Origin: an uncultured Actinomycetes bacterium
GTDB taxonomy: Bacteria > Actinomycetota > Thermoleophilia > Solirubrobacterales > 70-9
DNA length: 64,000 bases
Assembly: GCA_963708405.1 (NCBI GenBank)
Contig: CAVPSL010000002.1
Span: 426,959-490,958, forward strand
Reading direction: 5' to 3'
Numbering within the stretch: position 1 is the first letter of the stretch; each line of letters starts with the position of its first letter. Shown piece by piece: positions 1 to 9,051 of this stretch. The notes beneath the pieces were generated by a model that was not told where the DNA came from, did not search any database, and saw only the letters and a program-made list of their open reading frames with translations. A program made the translations under genes and the position numbers.

Positions 1-393
1 AACCAACTGGTCTGCGACTCGAACAAGGTCAGCGGCTTCGAAGTCAACGCCGGCGGCGGTGATGACACCGTCACCGTCAGCCGCGCGATCGGCGTGCCGG
101 TGACCCTCCGTGGCGGCCCCGGCAACGATTCCCTCACGGGCGGCGCCAACGTCCTCGGCGACCGCCTCGTCGGCGGCCCGGGCGACGATGTGCTCAGCGG
201 CATGGGCGGGCCGGACGTCCTCTACGGCGGCCCGGGCGACGATGTGCTGCTCGGCGGTACGGGTGACGACAAGCTCTTCGGTGGACCCGGTAACGACAAG
301 CTCTACGGCGGCTCCGGCAACGACATCTTGCGGGGCGAAGCCGGCGAAGACCTGCTCGTCGACAACCTCGGCGAAAACGTCCTCATCCAGTAG
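1..393 (+). CDS. RTX-type calcium-binding repeat protein, C-terminal fragment (5' end outside window)
   Basis: Frame 1 is open from base 1. Tandem GGxGxDxL nonapeptide repeats ([58 protein letters not shown]). Stop at 391-393. Confidence 0.6.
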   Translation, partial: NQLVCDSNKVSGFEVNAGGGDDTVTVSRAIGVPVTLRGGPGNDSLTGGANVLGDRLVGGPGDDVLSGMGGPDVLYGGPGDDVLLGGTGDDKLFGGPGNDKLYGGSGNDILRGEAGEDLLVDNLGENVLIQ

Positions 394-406
394 CGGCGGG
401 CCCCGC

Positions 407-1753
407 TCAGGCGGCCTGCTCGGCCCGGCGCACGAATAGCCGCCCACCGACGAACAGCATCGCGATCACCAGCCCGACCAGTGAGAGCGCCGCGTCGAGC
501 CGGAAGGCGGCCTGGACGCCGTCGACGAACGGCGGCACCTGGGAGGAGAAGACCGTCGTCGTCAGGCCCAGCCCGATCGAGCCGCCGGCGATCTGGAACA
601 TGTAGACGATGCCGCCGGCGAGGCTGGTCTGCGATTCGTCGACCGAGGTGACCCCGGCCGTGGTCGCGGTCGGGTAGAAGCTCCCGACCCCGACCCCCAA
701 CACGACCATGCCGATCAGCAGCGAGTCATAGCCCGAGCCACCGTCGACCTGGGAGAAGAGGAAGGGCGCGGCGGTGATGCAGGCGGCGCCGATCACGGCC
801 AGCCGCTTCGGCCCGAGGCGGTCGTAGAGCGGGCCGGCGACGAAGGAGACGAGGGCGAAGGTGGCGAGGAAGGGCAGCATCCCGACCCCGGCTTCCAGCG
901 GCGAGTAGCCGAGGTGTTTCTCCATGAACTGCGGCAGGTAGAGCAGGGCGGCGAAGAAGGTCGCTGACATGAAGAGGATCGCCAGACAGGAGGCGGTGAA
1001 GCTCTCGTTGCGCATCACCGCCCGCGGCACCAGCGCGTGCTCGCCGGCCCGCCGCTCGATCGGCACGAAGGCCAGCAGCGAGACCACCGCGAGGACGGCG
1101 AGGAAGACGACGCGCGGGTCTCCCCAGCCCCAGTCGTCGACCTGGTCGAGCGCGACCAGCAGCGAGACGAGGCCGACCGAGAGCGCAGTGACGCCGGCGT
1201 AGTCGATCCGCCGGTCGCTCACCTCCGGCTCCTTGACGTGGACCAGGGCGTAGGTGGTGAGCACGGCGAAGGCCGCGATCGGCACGTTGAGGAAGAAGAT
1301 CCAGCGCCAGCTAAGGGCGTCGGTGAGGACGCCGCCGATCAGCGGGCCGAGGGCGTTGCCGAGCCCGGCGGCACCGATGATGATTCCCCCGGCCAGGCCG
1401 GCTTTCTCTTCCGGCAGCAGCTCGTAGGTCATGCCGAGGATCGCCGGCCACATCAGGGCGCCGCCGATCCCCATCACGGTGCGGGTGGCGATCAGCCAGG
1501 TCTCCGTCTGCGCCGCCCCGCCCAGGGCCGACATCGAGGCGAAGATCGCGGTGCCGAGGAAGAAGGCGTTGCGGCGGCCGAACATGTCGGCGAGGCGGCC
1601 GCCGGTGACGATCATCACCCCGAAGGTGAGCGCGTAGGCGTTCACCACCCACTGGATCGTGTTGACGTTCGTGTGGAAGTCGCTCTCCATCGTCGGCAGG
1701 GCGACATTGATGGCGGAGAAGTCGTTGGCGATGACGACCACCGCGAGCCCCAT
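407..1753 (-). CDS. MFS transporter, DHA2 (EmrB/QacA-like) drug:H+ antiporter family
   Basis: 448-aa multi-pass hydrophobic ORF with MFS-type motifs (GGRLADMFGRR, LGPLIGGVL). No alternative start lies upstream before an in-frame TAG at 1808-1810. Confidence 0.8.
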   Translation of the reverse strand: MGLAVVVIANDFSAINVALPTMESDFHTNVNTIQWVVNAYALTFGVMIVTGGRLADMFGRRNAFFLGTAIFASMSALGGAAQTETWLIATRTVMGIGGALMWPAILGMTYELLPEEKAGLAGGIIIGAAGLGNALGPLIGGVLTDALSWRWIFFLNVPIAAFAVLTTYALVHVKEPEVSDRRIDYAGVTALSVGLVSLLVALDQVDDWGWGDPRVVFLAVLAVVSLLAFVPIERRAGEHALVPRAVMRNESFTASCLAILFMSATFFAALLYLPQFMEKHLGYSPLEAGVGMLPFLATFALVSFVAGPLYDRLGPKRLAVIGAACITAAPFLFSQVDGGSGYDSLLIGMVVLGVGVGSFYPTATTAGVTSVDESQTSLAGGIVYMFQIAGGSIGLGLTTTVFSSQVPPFVDGVQAAFRLDAALSLVGLVIAMLFVGGRLFVRRAEQAA

Positions 1754-1830
1754 CGCAACAAGCGCGAGCCAACTGGTCTTTCCCTCCGCCTTGGCGATGG
1801 CGGCAGCCTACGCTAAGCTCGGACGACCGA

Positions 1831-1890
1831 ATGGCCCAGCAGATCCACAGCCTGGCGCTTCTCCTTCTCCTCCCCCTTCGGGGGGAATAG
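1831..1890 (+). promoter_or_regulatory. Candidate leuA leader peptide (19 aa, MAQQIHSLALLLLLPLRGE) / attenuator
   Basis: ATG at 1831 and TAG at 1888-1890. 7 of 19 codons are Leu, including three CTT codons that should be rare in a GC-rich genome. A cccccUUCGggggg hairpin lies at 1872-1885. A TAAGCT -10-like hexamer lies at 1814-1819. The element sits directly upstream of leuA. Confidence 0.5.
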
Positions 1891-1956
1891 CGCTGGGCGG
1901 CGCGATAGCCGCGAGAGACAAGGTCATTCGAGTCACAGAGAGAAGGAGGAGGTCCG

Positions 1957-3543
1957 ATGGGACCCGCATCTGACGCCAACCGCGTCCACATTTTCGACAC
2001 CACCCTGAGAGACGGCGAGCAGTCGCCCGGGATTTCGCTGAACACCGCCGAGAAGGTGGAGATCGCCCAGCAACTCGCTCGCCTGGGGGTCGACGTGATC
2101 GAGGCCGGCTTCCCGATCACCTCGCCCGGAGATTTCGAGGCCGTGCAGGAGATCTCCCGCCGGGTCGAGGGCCCGACGATCTGCGGCCTGGCCCGCACCC
2201 ACAAGGCCGACATCGATGCCGCTTGGGGGGCGGTGAAGGAGGCGCAGCGCCCGCGCATCCACACCTTCATCTCCACCTCCGACATCCACATCCAACACCA
2301 GTTGCAGACCGACCGCGAGGACGTCAAGGGACAGGCCCGGGCGGCCGTGGCGCTGGCCAAGTCCTACTGCGAGGACGTCGAGTTCTCGCCGATGGACGCG
2401 ACCCGCGCCGACACCGAGTTCACCGCCGAAGTCTGCGCGATCGCCGTCGCCGAGGGCGCCACCGTCGTCAACATCCCTGACACGGTCGGCTACACGACGC
2501 CGGAGGAGTACACGAACTACCTGCGGCGCCTGTACGAGCTGGTCCCCGGCCTGGACAGGGTCGAGCTCTCGGTCCACTGCCACGACGACCTGGGTCTGGC
2601 CGTCGCCAACTCATATGCCGGCCTGCTGGCCGGGGCGCGCCAGGTCGAGTGCGCCGTCAACGGCATCGGTGAGCGTGCCGGCAACTGCTCCTTGGAGGAG
2701 ATCGCGATGCTGGTCCACGTCCGCGAGGACGCTCACGACCTGAGGACCGCGATCAACACCCGCGAGCTGGCCCGCAGCAGCCGCATGGTCTCGCGCCTGA
2801 CCGGCTACCCGGTCCAGCCCAACAAGGCGATCGTCGGCCGCAACGCCTTCGCCCACGAGTCCGGGATTCACCAGGACGGCGTGCTGAAGGAGCGCAGCAC
2901 CTACGAGATCATGGACGCGACCGAAGTCGGCCTGGAGTCGAACTCGATCGTGCTGGGCAAGCACTCCGGCCGCCACGCCCTGCGCGACGCCCTGGAGCAA
3001 CTGGGCTTCGTCGTCGAGGGCAACGCCCTCAACGCGGCCTTCAAGGCCTTCAAGGAGGTCGCCGACCGCAAGAAGCAGGTGACTGCGCTGGACCTGGAGG
3101 CGATCGTCTCCGACGAGATGCGCGAGCGCGCCGACGCCCACGACCTGGCCTGGTTCGAGGTCGAGGCAGGCTCGCGGCGCGACCCGGTCGCCCGCGTCGC
3201 TGTGACGATGCCGTCGGGCGAGGAGGCGGTGGGGGAGTCGGGCGGCGATGGTCCGGTCGACGCCATCTTCCAGGCGATCCAGAAGGCGGTCGGGACCACC
3301 TGCGAGCTGCGCGAATACAACGTCGAGGCGGTGACCGGCGGCGAGGACGCGCTGGGCGAGGTGACCGTGCGCCTGCGTGCCGAAGGCCGCCTGGCCACCG
3401 GCCAGGGCGTCGCCACCGACATCCTCGAGGCCTCCGCCCGCGCCTACGTCCGCGCCCTGTCGAACGCCCTGGAAGGCGCCGCCACCCGCGAGGCCGAGGC
3501 CGCCACCGCCGAAGCCGTCGCCGAGCGCACCCCCGGACCCTAA
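1957..3543 (+). CDS. leuA: 2-isopropylmalate synthase
   Basis: 528 aa. N-terminal IFDTTLRDGEQSPG HMGL-like signature and a C-terminal LeuA dimer/regulatory region. Strong SD (gaaggaggagg) 6 nt upstream. Confidence 0.95.
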   Translation: MGPASDANRVHIFDTTLRDGEQSPGISLNTAEKVEIAQQLARLGVDVIEAGFPITSPGDFEAVQEISRRVEGPTICGLARTHKADIDAAWGAVKEAQRPRIHTFISTSDIHIQHQLQTDREDVKGQARAAVALAKSYCEDVEFSPMDATRADTEFTAEVCAIAVAEGATVVNIPDTVGYTTPEEYTNYLRRLYELVPGLDRVELSVHCHDDLGLAVANSYAGLLAGARQVECAVNGIGERAGNCSLEEIAMLVHVREDAHDLRTAINTRELARSSRMVSRLTGYPVQPNKAIVGRNAFAHESGIHQDGVLKERSTYEIMDATEVGLESNSIVLGKHSGRHALRDALEQLGFVVEGNALNAAFKAFKEVADRKKQVTALDLEAIVSDEMRERADAHDLAWFEVEAGSRRDPVARVAVTMPSGEEAVGESGGDGPVDAIFQAIQKAVGTTCELREYNVEAVTGGEDALGEVTVRLRAEGRLATGQGVATDILEASARAYVRALSNALEGAATREAEAATAEAVAERTPGP

Positions 3544-3577
3544 GCCGAAAGCTCCCGTCCTCCGGGGGAGAGTCCCG

Positions 3578-3626
3578 GACGCGTCTGCCTTATGGGTTCG
3601 CATGGAACCCAAAAGGCAGACGCGTG
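3578..3626. repeat. Palindromic intergenic element, copy A (13-bp arms ACGCGTCTGCCTT / AAGGCAGACGCGT)
   Basis: Perfect inverted arms at 3579-3591 and 3613-3625, with an inner GGGTTC..GAACCC pairing. A related copy in opposite orientation lies at 44417-44465. Confidence 0.6.
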
Positions 3627-4531
3627 GCTGGGGGCAGGCTGTGGGCGAGCTCGCGGACCGACAGCACGGGGTGGTGGAGAGGGGGCAGTTGCTTGAGTTG
3701 GGGATGGGCGGGGAGCAGGTGAAATGCTGGATTCGGCTCGGCAGGCTCTATCCGCTCCATGCGGGCGTGTATGCGGTTGGGTGCAAATCGGTGCCCTTGC
3801 TCGGGGAATCGATGGCGGTCGTACTCGCCTGTCGCCCCGATGCCGTGGTCAGCCATCGTTCAGCCGCTGCCATGTGGGGGATCCGCGGTTCGACCGGCCG
3901 GTGCATAGATGTGACGACGCCGCGGAAAGCTCGGGGCACCAGTCGGATTCGCCGCCATTACTCGCTCCTACCTGCTGACGAGGTGACCGAGTGCGAGGGG
4001 ATGCCGGTGACTACGGTGCCGCGGACGATCCTCGACATGGCGGCGATCTCGGCGCCGGAGGCGGTGGAGTCGATGTTGCGGGAGGCTGAATACCGGCGGC
4101 TATACGACCGGCTCTCGCTCTGGGACCTGCTGGAGCGCTACCCGCGGCGACGAGGGTCCCCGGCCGTCCGAGCGGCGCTGAGGCGAGTGCAAGAAAAACC
4201 AGGCCGGATCCGCAGTCGGCTCGAGGAACGTTTCCTGCCGTTCCTCGACCGCTACCGGCTTCCCCGGCCGCGTTTCAACGCATGGCTCGAAGTGGGAGGG
4301 GAGCGCGTGCAGGTCGATTGCCTCTGGGCAGAAGTGCGGCAGATCGTCGAGCTGGACGGTTGGGAGAGTCACGGGACCCGCGCGGCCTTCCGCGGCGACC
4401 GAACCCGAGACCGCCGCCTTCGCGTTGCCGGCTATGGGGTGACCCGGATCGCCTGGTCACAGCTCGGCGACGAACCGGAGGAGATCGCGGCTGACCTGCG
4501 GGCCCTCCTCGGCGTCCGGGTCGGGACATAG
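3602..4531 (+). CDS. DUF559 (Vsr-like endonuclease fold) protein with AbiEi-like N-terminal domain
   Basis: N-terminal QHGVVERGQLLELG...LHAGVYAVG motif. C-terminal SRLEERFLPFLDRYRLPRPRFNAWL...VDCLW...IVELDGWESHG...RDRRLRVAGYGVTRI motif typical of DUF559. An alternative GTG start at 3641 would leave the palindromic element intergenic. The ORF part at 3377-3601 overlaps leuA and is rejected. Confidence 0.75.
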   Translation: MEPKRQTRGWGQAVGELADRQHGVVERGQLLELGMGGEQVKCWIRLGRLYPLHAGVYAVGCKSVPLLGESMAVVLACRPDAVVSHRSAAAMWGIRGSTGRCIDVTTPRKARGTSRIRRHYSLLPADEVTECEGMPVTTVPRTILDMAAISAPEAVESMLREAEYRRLYDRLSLWDLLERYPRRRGSPAVRAALRRVQEKPGRIRSRLEERFLPFLDRYRLPRPRFNAWLEVGGERVQVDCLWAEVRQIVELDGWESHGTRAAFRGDRTRDRRLRVAGYGVTRIAWSQLGDEPEEIAADLRALLGVRVGT

Positions 4532-4556
4532 TCCATCGGTATACAAACGTCTGTGA

Positions 4557-4562
4557 TAACGT
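4557..4562 (+). promoter_or_regulatory. -10-like hexamer TAACGT exactly 7 nt upstream of ATG 4570 (leaderless-type promoter candidate)
   Basis: TANNNT hexamer, then a 7-nt gap, then the start codon. There is no SD in between. Confidence 0.4.
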
Positions 4563-4569
4563 ACGCCGC

Positions 4570-5184
4570 ATGGCGACTCAAGAGAAGACCGCGACTACGA
4601 AGGGCAGCGCCCCTCAAGCCGCCGTGCCCACCGTCGGTCCCCGCATGCGCGCCCTGCGCGAGGCGATGGGGCTGTCGCTGCGGGACCTGGCCGAGCACTC
4701 CGGCGTCAGCGCGCCGATGCTGTCGCAGGTCGAGCGCGGCGAGACGAGCCCGACTCTGGCGGTTGCCGCCAAGATCGCCGCCGGCCTGGAACTGACGCTG
4801 TCGCAGTTGCTGCGCCTGGACGAGGGCTCGCACGTCGCCGTCAGCCGCGCCGAGGGTCGCCGCCACTCTGAGCGCCGCGGCCACCGTGTCGAGGAGCTGA
4901 CGCCGCCGCTGCCGGGGCAACGCGCCGACGTCTCCCTGCACACGCTGGAGCCGGGCGCCACCACCGGCGGCCGCGAGGATCCGCCGATGCACGAGCCGGG
5001 CAGCCGCGAGACCGCCGTCGTCTTGGCTGGGACCCTGGTCCTGGTCGTCGACGGCAGTCGCCACGAGCTCGGCGCCGGCGACGCCGTCACCTTCGATGCC
5101 GATCTTCCCCATCACTTCGAGAATGAAGGCGAGGAGGCAACCCGCTTCCTCGCCGTGATCGCCGCCGGCCTGAGGAGGAGCTGA
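4570..5184 (+). CDS. XRE-family HTH transcriptional regulator with C-terminal cupin domain
   Basis: The HTH_3 segment is [38 protein letters not shown]. The cupin-like C-terminus includes [16 protein letters not shown]. Confidence 0.85.
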   Translation: MATQEKTATTKGSAPQAAVPTVGPRMRALREAMGLSLRDLAEHSGVSAPMLSQVERGETSPTLAVAAKIAAGLELTLSQLLRLDEGSHVAVSRAEGRRHSERRGHRVEELTPPLPGQRADVSLHTLEPGATTGGREDPPMHEPGSRETAVVLAGTLVLVVDGSRHELGAGDAVTFDADLPHHFENEGEEATRFLAVIAAGLRRS

Positions 5185-5188
5185 CGCT

Positions 5189-6575
5189 ATGCCGAAAACC
5201 ATGTTCGACAAGATCTGGGAGGCCCACGAGGTCTCCGACGGGTTGATCTACATCGATCTGCACCTGGTCCACGAGGTCACCTCACCGCAGGCCTTCGACG
5301 GGCTGCGGTTGGCGGGCCGGCCGGTACGCCGCGCCGACAAGACCCTCGCCACCGCCGACCACAACACGCCGACTGACGGCACGATGGCCGCTCGCCTAAT
5401 CGCCGACGAGCTCTCCCGCGTCCAGGTCGAAACCCTGGAGCGCAACTGCGAGGAGTTCGGCATCCCGCTCTACTCGCTGGGCTCCGACCGGCAGGGGATC
5501 GTGCACGTTATCGGGCCGGAGCTGGGCGTCACCCAGCCGGGGATGACGATCGTCTGTGGCGACAGTCACACCTCCACGCACGGTGCCTTCGGGGCGCTGG
5601 CCTTCGGCATCGGCACCTCCGAGGTCGAGCACGTGCTGGCGACCCAGTGCCTGGTCCAGAAGCGGCCGCAGACGATGCGGATCTTCTACACGGGCGAACT
5701 GGGCCCCGGGGTCACCCCCAAGGACCTGATCCTGGCCACGATCGGTCGCCTGGGCACGGGCGGCATGACCGGTCATGCCGTGGAGTACGCGGGGCCGGCG
5801 ATCGAGTCGCTCTCGATGCCGGGTCGGATGACGATCTGCAACATGACGATCGAGGGCGGGGGCAGGGCCGGGATGATCGCCCCCGACGAGACCACCTTCG
5901 AGTGGGTGCGCGGCAAAGCCGCGGCGCCTGCCGATTTCGAGGCCGCGGTGGCGGGCTGGCGCGAGTTGCCGACCGAGGACGGCGCCTCCTTTGACACCGA
6001 GGTTGAGATCGACGCCGGTGCGATCTCGCCGATGGTCACCTGGGGCACGAACCCGGGCATGGTGGTCGAGGTCACCGACCGGGTTCCCGACCCGGCGGCG
6101 ATGGGGTCCCCGGCCGACCGCGAGGCGGCCGAGCGCGCCCTCACCTACATGGGCCTGGAGGCGGGCACGCCGATGACCGAGGTCGCCCCGGAACGGGTCT
6201 TCATCGGCTCCTGCACCAACTCGCGGATCGAGGACCTGCGCGAGGCGGCGGCTGTCGTCGAGGGCCGCAAGGTCGCCAGCTCCGTGCATGGCATGGTCGT
6301 CCCCGGCTCCCAGCAGGTCAAAGCCGCCGCCGAAGCCGAGGGCCTCGACGAGGTCTTCCGCAGCGCCGGCTTCGAATGGCGTGAGGCGGGCTGCTCGATG
6401 TGCCTGGGCATGAACCCGGACATCCTCATGCGAGGGTGAGCGCTGCGCCTCGACCTCGAACCGCAACTTCGAGGGCCGGCAGGGCAAGGGTGGGCGCACC
6501 CACCTGGTCAGCCCGAAGATGGCCGCCGCGGCCGCCATCGAGGGGCATTTCGTCGACATCAGGGAATGGAGCTGA
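5189..6575 (+). pseudogene. leuC: 3-isopropylmalate dehydratase large subunit, one +1 frameshift near 6425-6437
   Basis: 416 aa of LeuC end abruptly at ...[15 protein letters not shown]. The conserved C-terminus [46 protein letters not shown] continues in the next frame to the TGA at 6573-6575. Confidence 0.9.
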
Positions 6576-6577
6576 AC

Positions 6578-7142
6578 ATGCGACCGATTGACGTAATCGA
6601 GGGCAAGGTGTCGGTGCTGGACCGCGCCGACGTCGACACCGACCAGATCATCCCCAAGCAGTTCCTGAAGCGGGTGGAGCGGACCGGCTTCGGCGAGTTC
6701 CTCTTCTACGACTGGATCCGCGACGGCGAGATCGAGCTGGAGCCGAACCCGATCCTCGTCGCCGGCCGCAATTTCGGCTGCGGCTCCTCGCGCGAGCACG
6801 CCCCCTGGGCGCTGGAGGACTTCGGCTTCGAGGCGATCGTCGCCCCCTCCTTCGCCGACATCTTCTATTCCAACTGCACCAAGGTCGGGCTGCTGCCGGC
6901 GGTCCTCCCTGAGGAGCAGTGCCGCCAGGTCGCCGAGGCGGGGGAGGCGCGGATCGACGTCGACGATGAGACCGTCACCTGCGCCGCCGGCGTCTTCCAG
7001 TTCGCGATCGAGCCGGACGTCAAGCACCGGCTGCTGAACGGCCTCGACGACATCGGGATCACGCTGGAGAACGCTGGCGCGATCGACAGCCTACGAGGAG
7101 CGGGCGGCGGGCCGCCCGGCCCCGGTAACGACCGCCCTGTAA
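6578..7142 (+). pseudogene. leuD: 3-isopropylmalate dehydratase small subunit, one +1 frameshift near 7085-7090
   Basis: MRPIDVIEGKVSVLDRADVDTDQIIPKQFLKR...GCGSSREHAPWAL. After ...NAGAID the LeuD-like tail AYEERAAGRPAPVTTAL* lies in the +1 frame and ends at TAA 7140-7142, 3 nt before the next gene. Confidence 0.88.
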
Positions 7143-7145
7143 ACG

Positions 7146-7916
7146 ATGGCGCCGGCGATGAATAGCGGCCCGCGCGAGTGGGACGCGGAAACCTACGACA
7201 GTGTCTCCGACCCACAGTTCGAGTGGGGGATGGAGGTGCTGGAGCGGTTGGAGCTGCGTGGCGACGAGGCCGCCCTCGACGCCGGCTGCGGCTCCGGCCG
7301 CGTCAGCGAGCAACTGCTGGCGCGGCTGCCCGAGGGCAGCCTGCTCGCCGTCGACGGTTCCGAGGCCATGGTCACCAAGGCGCACGAGCGGCTCGGCGAC
7401 CGCGCCTCCTACCTGGTCGCCGACCTCGCCGAGCTGCAGGTGGAGGAGCCGGTCGACCTCGTCTTCTCGACCGCCACCTTCCACTGGCTGCCCGACCACG
7501 ACCGGCTCTTCGCGCGCCTGCGCGCGGCGCTGAAGCCGAGTGGGCGGCTGGTCGCCCAGTGCGGTGGTGCTGGCAACGTCGCCCGCCATACGGAGGCGAT
7601 CGCCGCCGCCGCGGCGCGGCCGGAGTTCGGCCCGCACTTCGAGCAGATGAGCGGGATCTGGAATTTCGCCAGCGCCGAGGAGACGGAGGAGCGCCTGCGG
7701 CGCGCGGGCTTCGCCGAGGTGCGCTGCTGGCTGCAGCCCAAGCCGGTGCGGCCCGCCGACCCGCTCGCCTTCACCTCCACGGTCACCCTCGGCCCGCTGC
7801 TGGCCCAGTTGCCGGAGGAGAAGCGGCGCCCCTTCGCCGAAGCAGTCCTCGCCGAGTCCGAGCAGCCCCTCGTCCTCGACTATGTGCGCCTCAACATCGA
7901 AGCCGTCGCTGCCTGA
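7146..7916 (+). CDS. Class I SAM-dependent methyltransferase, trans-aconitate methyltransferase (Tam)-like
   Basis: 256 aa. The motif I is LDAGCGSGRVS. The overall pattern W..E.Y......P...LLERL......DAGCG.G....L..R.P......VD.S..M....HERL.D....VADL....V.EPVDLVFS.A.FHWLPDH..LF..L...LKP.G.LV.Q matches the E. coli Tam layout from memory. Confidence 0.7.
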   Translation: MAPAMNSGPREWDAETYDSVSDPQFEWGMEVLERLELRGDEAALDAGCGSGRVSEQLLARLPEGSLLAVDGSEAMVTKAHERLGDRASYLVADLAELQVEEPVDLVFSTATFHWLPDHDRLFARLRAALKPSGRLVAQCGGAGNVARHTEAIAAAAARPEFGPHFEQMSGIWNFASAEETEERLRRAGFAEVRCWLQPKPVRPADPLAFTSTVTLGPLLAQLPEEKRRPFAEAVLAESEQPLVLDYVRLNIEAVAA

Positions 7917-7941
7917 CCCGAGGGCGTAAAGTGGCCCGCTC

Positions 7942-9051
7942 GTGAGCGACGCCCCCCGCATAGTCCTACTGCCCGGTGACGGGATCGGGCCTGAGATTGT
8001 CGCCGCGGCCAAGCAACTGCTGGAGACCTTCGGCGAGTTCGAGTTCAGCGACCACCTGCTCGGCGGCTGCTCGATCGACGCCCACGGCACCGCCCTCACC
8101 GACGAGGTGCTGTCAGCCTGCCGCGACGCTGACGCGGTCCTGCTCGGGGCCGTCGGCGGCCCCAAATGGGACACGACCGACCCCAACGCTCCGCGTCCCG
8201 AGCAGGGCCTGCTCGGCTTGCGCAAGGGCATGGGCCTGTTCGCCAACCTGCGCCCGGTGCGGCCCAGCCCGGCCCTGGTCGGCGCCAGCCCGCTGCGCGA
8301 AGAGCGGATCGCCGGCACTGACCTGCTGGTCGTGCGCGAGCTCACCGGCGGCATCTACTTCGGCGACTCGGGCCGCGAGGGCGATACCGCCCACGACACC
8401 TGCGAGTACGACGCCGGCGAAATCGAGCGCATCGCCCGTACGGCCTTCGAGGCCGCCCGCAGGCGCGCCGTCGGCTCCGGCCGCAAACCCCGCGTCACCT
8501 CGGTCGACAAGGCCAACGTGCTGGAGACCTCGCGGCTCTGGCGCGAGGTCGTCACCCGCATCGCCCCCGACTACGACGACGTCGAGCTCGACCATCTACT
8601 GGTCGACAACGCGGCGATGCAGCTGGTTTCGCGCCCCGCCGACTTCGACGTGATCGTCACCGAGAACCTCTTCGGCGACATCCTCAGCGACGAGTCGGCG
8701 ATGCTGACCGGCTCGCTGGGAATGCTGCCCTCGGCCAGCCTCGGCGAGGATGGCACCCCTGGCCTCTTCGAGCCGGTCCACGGCTCCGCCCCGGACATCG
8801 CCGGCAAAGGGATCGCCAACCCGCTCGCGACCTTTCTCTCGGTGGCGATGCTGCTGCGCCACGGCCTCGGCCGGGCCGACGACGCCGCCCGCATCGAGAC
8901 CGCCGTCGACGCCGTGCTCGAGCGCGGCCTGCGGACCCCTGACCTGGCGGCGGGCACCTTGGCGCCGCCGCCGATGGCGGATGTTCCCGCCGAGGTCGAG
9001 GTGGGGACGACCGAGATGACCGACGCGGTCATCTCGGCCATCTCCGAGTAG
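7942..9051 (+). CDS. leuB: 3-isopropylmalate dehydrogenase
   Basis: 369 aa. Contains [41 protein letters not shown] and [16 protein letters not shown] signatures. Confidence 0.95.
   Translation: MSDAPRIVLLPGDGIGPEIVAAAKQLLETFGEFEFSDHLLGGCSIDAHGTALTDEVLSACRDADAVLLGAVGGPKWDTTDPNAPRPEQGLLGLRKGMGLFANLRPVRPSPALVGASPLREERIAGTDLLVVRELTGGIYFGDSGREGDTAHDTCEYDAGEIERIARTAFEAARRRAVGSGRKPRVTSVDKANVLETSRLWREVVTRIAPDYDDVELDHLLVDNAAMQLVSRPADFDVIVTENLFGDILSDESAMLTGSLGMLPSASLGEDGTPGLFEPVHGSAPDIAGKGIANPLATFLSVAMLLRHGLGRADDAARIETAVDAVLERGLRTPDLAAGTLAPPPMADVPAEVEVGTTEMTDAVISAISE

Noticed and set aside
3377-3601. Upstream extension of the DUF559 ORF
   Set aside because: It overlaps the 3' end of leuA in another frame and the palindromic element. 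Family members start ~10-25 aa before the QHGVV motif.
5396-7027. 543-aa minus-strand ORF
   Set aside because: It is a shadow ORF antisense to leuC/leuD, with no recognisable motifs. High GC suppresses stop codons on the opposite strand.
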